From: the human T2T-CHM13v2.0 reference genome, Homo sapiens
Assembly (NCBI RefSeq): GCF_009914755.1
Contig: NC_060926.1
Reading direction: 5' to 3' (one strand)
Length of the DNA stretch: 64,000 nt
Every line of letters starts with the position of its first letter. Positions within the stretch are counted from its first letter, which is position 1. Positions 60,306-64,000 of this stretch are shown in pieces. A program made the translations under genes and the position numbers. The notes below the pieces were generated by a model. That model saw only the letters and a list, made by a program, of their open reading frames with translations. It ran no database searches and was not told where the DNA came from.

Positions 60306-61419
60306 TATCTGGGACTTTTCGTTCCAGGTGTATTTGGCTTAAAATTATAAAAAACATACAGTAACAAAAAAGTTACTCTATTGTTTTTCTTTTTAGTGTT
60401 AAATACTTCCTTATTTTATTTATGGGAGAACCTCTCATAAATTCATCTTAGTCTCTCTTTTTTGGCTTTTCATAGCCAAAAACTTGTTTTAATAGGATCA
60501 GTAAAAAAGGATATGTTTGTGGGTTCATATAAATTGCTAGTAATTAATAATAATGAATTTCTTAATTACTAGCCCTTCCTAGTTCTCTTTAAACCAGACC
60601 AACTAAATGTAGTTTCTGCTGCTTCTACAAGACCTACTGGATGTTCTAGACTAGAAGTGGGGGACATTTGTTTAAGTTGCTGAGATTTCAGTAAGGACAC
60701 CAACCTTTATAAGACATAGTGTGCCGAAGTGACTCCTTAATAGGAAGAATCAAATGTCCTTTCCACTCATTATCAGTGGCAGGTATATATGTAAGTATTT
60801 ATTAGTATTCTGAAGTGTGATTGAGTATCAGCACACTGAAGTTATATAAAACTGGCTTCTACATTAGAAACATTTAGAGAGAATGGCCCAGATGAATTTA
60901 GTTTTACCATTTTACCATTTAGTTCTGGTAATATTAGGAAAAATAATACAGACACATGTGTGCATACACACATATCCCACACACTCCTATGCTCAGAAAT
61001 TTGAAAGATTTTTAGTACTCTTGACAGTGATCAGATTGGAAGCCTTGGGGATTACCATTCTGCTGTTGGGTGGCACCATGCACATTAGTAGCAGGGTAGA
61101 ATGCTGCCTTTGTAGCGTGCCTCTGTTTCCACTTGGTAGATTTTCACATTGAACCAAAGGGAAACTGTAGTATTTCTGGTCTGTTTACTGCGTGTTAATT
61201 TGATTCTGCTGTTATAGTGGCATGTCTGTTGGTACAAGAATTAAAAACGTAGAGGCCACTTTTATCAGGTTATGTTATACTGGTAGCCTGTGATTTACAA
61301 GTGGGTTGTGTTCTTTTCTTTATATGTCAGTATTGATTGTCTGGAATGAAATTTCCTCCCATAGATGCCATGTTAGACGTGGTAATTGAGTTCTTTCACA
61401 TCAAATGCAAAACATTTTT

Positions 61420-61590
61420 AAGTAACCATAGCAAGTTTCATAATCTCTGAGCTTCAATTTTCTTATCTTAAAGTGGGAATGACAATACCTACCTCATAGA
61501 GTTATTGTGAGGGTTCAATTAATGTAAAGTTCTTGGTATAGTGTCTGATATGTGGCAAGTAAACAACAAATGTTAGCAGCATCATTTTTT
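61420..61590 (+). mobile_element. MIR
   Basis: CTCTGAGCTTCAATTTTCTTATC...ATACCTACCTCATAGAGTTATTGTGAGG. Confidence 0.75.
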
Positions 61591-61997
61591 ATCATCTTCG
61601 AGGAAGCAGGTTCATATAGTCTGACATTGGTACACAAGGGCTGAGGGAAAGTAGGGGTGGGTTAGGTTTTTTTTCCTCCCCCTGGAGTTTTGCGACTCTC
61701 TGCTGAGGAGAAGACCATGGCTTTCTAGTGGCTTTTTCTGTAGGTGGACTTCACCAGGGAGGATGGACTGGGAAGGAGGTTCATTTGTGGCAGCAGGTTG
61801 GCAAATGGGGCAGCTGCAGCCAAGTCAGAGGCTCCTGATGTGGTTCATAGGGAGGAGAGGTTATGACATTTTTTAAGGCTAGTGAGAGTCATTTGGAGCT
61901 ACCAGTGTTGGATTTCTGCAGTAGTGCCAAGAACCTATTTGAAATTATTTTGCTCGTTTAAATTGACCCCTTTCCCTCTCTTCTGCAGCTGGAGACC

Positions 61998-62132
61998 ATG
62001 GCCAAAATGGAGGTGAAAACCTCACTTCTGGACAATATGATTGGAGTTGGGGATATGGTTCTTTTAGAACCTCTCAATGAGGAGACCTTCATCAACAACC
62101 TCAAGAAGCGCTTTGACCACAGTGAAATATAC
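61998..62132 (+). CDS. MYO1B: Myosin IB, first coding exon (45 codons; the gene continues beyond the window)
   Basis: Manual translation gives MAKMEVKTSLLDNMIGVGDMVLLEPLNEETFINNLKKRFDHSEIY, a class I myosin motor N-terminus (GVxDMVLL...NLKKRF...IY) that I recognise as MYO1B. Strong Kozak GAGACCATGG. Acceptor: TTGAC branch point (61963-61967), pyrimidine tract and CAG ending at 61988. Phase-0 donor TAC|GTAAGT at 62133. Whole exon is 61989-62132. Confidence 0.97.
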
Positions 62133-63188
62133 GTAAGTACACACGAAGGTCATCTGTAATGTTTAGACTTTGTATTTTGTGCCAGAGAGCTGTCTTTTCT
62201 TCCTCAGACTCTTCTTTCTTTTTTCTCTCTGTTTGAGTCCAGCAGTATTTGCTTTATACCCTCAGAAAGAGTTGAGTTTTTACTGATTTAGCCCATGAGT
62301 AATGTGGGTTAGACAAGTCAGTCTGCTTTCTGTGATCAACTGTGTGCAAGTATTGTAGTGGGTGTTGGGGGCATTCTAAAGCAAGCAGAATACTGCCCTC
62401 TGAGGAATTTAGAAGGAATTTTGAAATCCATAGGCATCTTCTTGGATACCTTCATAAGATTAACAAAGTCTAATCAGGGAGAAGCTACTCATTGAAATGC
62501 AAGGCAGTAAACTGTCAAAAAAGACATGAACTTTCTCGACATTTGTAGTTAGTAGGGACAGGAGCAGATTATCAGATAAAAATATGTAATTGGTCCCTGA
62601 AGATTTGGCTATAGTCATGTCCTACTGTACAAAAGTCTAATGCCATATACATAAACAGAAGCATAAATATGTATATGCTATAATAGGAGAAAATTTCCTG
62701 TTGTAAAAAGTCTTTATAAAGGATTTCACAGGGTCAAGTTCTCTAAATATTTTAAAAACATGAATAAAAAATACATTTATATGCAGCTTTTCTGGAGTTT
62801 GCATAAAGCATCTGCAGAAGTAAAGGTGTACTGTTAACTAAACCAAAGAAATGAGGCATTGATTCCCTGTACCTGCAGCTGAGAAGGAAACAGAATGTTT
62901 TGGATGGGAGTAGTTTTAGTGGACTCTGCCTCACTTCCTGAGTTCTCTTTCCTCCTTTTTAAAATGTGCATCTGTGCATGGAGAAGAACTGGATTATTGG
63001 GCATGCTTAATATTTTTCTGTTTATCATTCTAGGGAGGAAGTATAAATAAATAAAAGAGATAATACAGTGATACAAGTAGGATCAGTTATAACTTTTGTG
63101 GAACTAATATATTTTGTAAAATTATATGCAAATTATGAGCTATATTATTTTATATCATAGATAGCTCTCTTTTCTAGATAGCCAACTC

Positions 63189-63537
63189 TCTTTATCTGTT
63201 GGAGCTGCGATACCAAAATACCATAAACTAGGTGGCTTATAAACAACAGAAATTTGTTTCTCAACAGTTCTAGAGTCTGGGAAGTCCACGGTGAAGGGGC
63301 TGGCATATTCAGTGTCTGATGAGGACCTGCTTTCTGGCTCACAGATGGCGCCTTCTCACTGTGTCCTCACATGGTGGAAGAGGAATACTCCTTCATAAGG
63401 GCACTAATCCCATTCATGAGAGCTCTGTCCTTATGACCTAGTCACCTCTCAAAGCCCCACCTCCTAGAACCATCACATTGGTGACTAGCTTTCAATATAT
63501 AAACTTTAGGGAGATAGAAACATTGAGACCACAGCAC
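63189..63537 (-). mobile_element. MaLR LTR (MLT1A-like)
   Basis: CAAAATACCATAAACTAGGTGGCTTATAAACAACAGAAATTTG...CATTGAGACCACAGCA. Confidence 0.85.
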
Positions 63538-64000
63538 CAAACATGTTTCAAGGATGATTTTGAGTAATGTATTTATGAGATAGTAGTCATCCTCTAGGAA
63601 TTGACCTTTTCATTCTTCTCACTTTGTATTGGTGGAGGTGGGGGAAGGTTGATGGTAACAAGAGGCCTGTGAATACTGCTTTTGGAGTCTTAATTGGATA
63701 ACTGGATACTAAACTGAAATGTGTTTACAGTTCAGAGATGCGATTATTTAAAGTGCTGATCCAAATGGAAAAGGTATAAAACACTGCTGCAGAGCAGGGG
63801 TTGGCATTGTTTGGCTTGGCAGTACTGCCTGGTGTCACCTTCCCTCCAAGCGTAGCAGTTCTGCTTTCAGGTGGGAAAGCTGAGGGTTCTGCAGCTTTAA
63901 TTGAAAGTATGCTCTGATATCAAATAAAAGACAGACTTTAAACATTGGTCTTTGAGATGGAGATAGGCAGAATCAATTATATTGTAACTAACGTTACCGA

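Overview
This is primate (very likely human) genomic DNA, not a prokaryotic accessory region. It holds the 5' end of the myosin IB gene (MYO1B) on the + strand. A CpG-island promoter lies at ~30.2-31.45 kb with candidate non-coding first exon(s), followed by a ~31 kb first intron. The first coding exon is 61989-62132 (ATG at 61998, MAKMEVKTSLLDNMIGVGDMVLLEPLNEETFINNLKKRFDHSEIY); the supplied ORF track misses it. The rest is upstream intergenic and intronic DNA rich in Alu, MIR, L2, L1, MaLR/ERVL LTR and Tigger/hAT relics, many nested and with readable target-site duplications (TSDs). I found no support for a new coding or RNA system, and essentially all listed ORFs are chance or repeat-derived. 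The most interesting signals are structural: a dispersed ~155 bp duplication ending next to a hairpin, a 110 bp tandem duplication, a 15 bp repeat that duplicates the exon 1 splice donor, a probable Alu-associated deletion, and divergent CTCF-like motifs. Repeat subfamily names come from recalled consensus sequences, and boundaries without TSDs are approximate.
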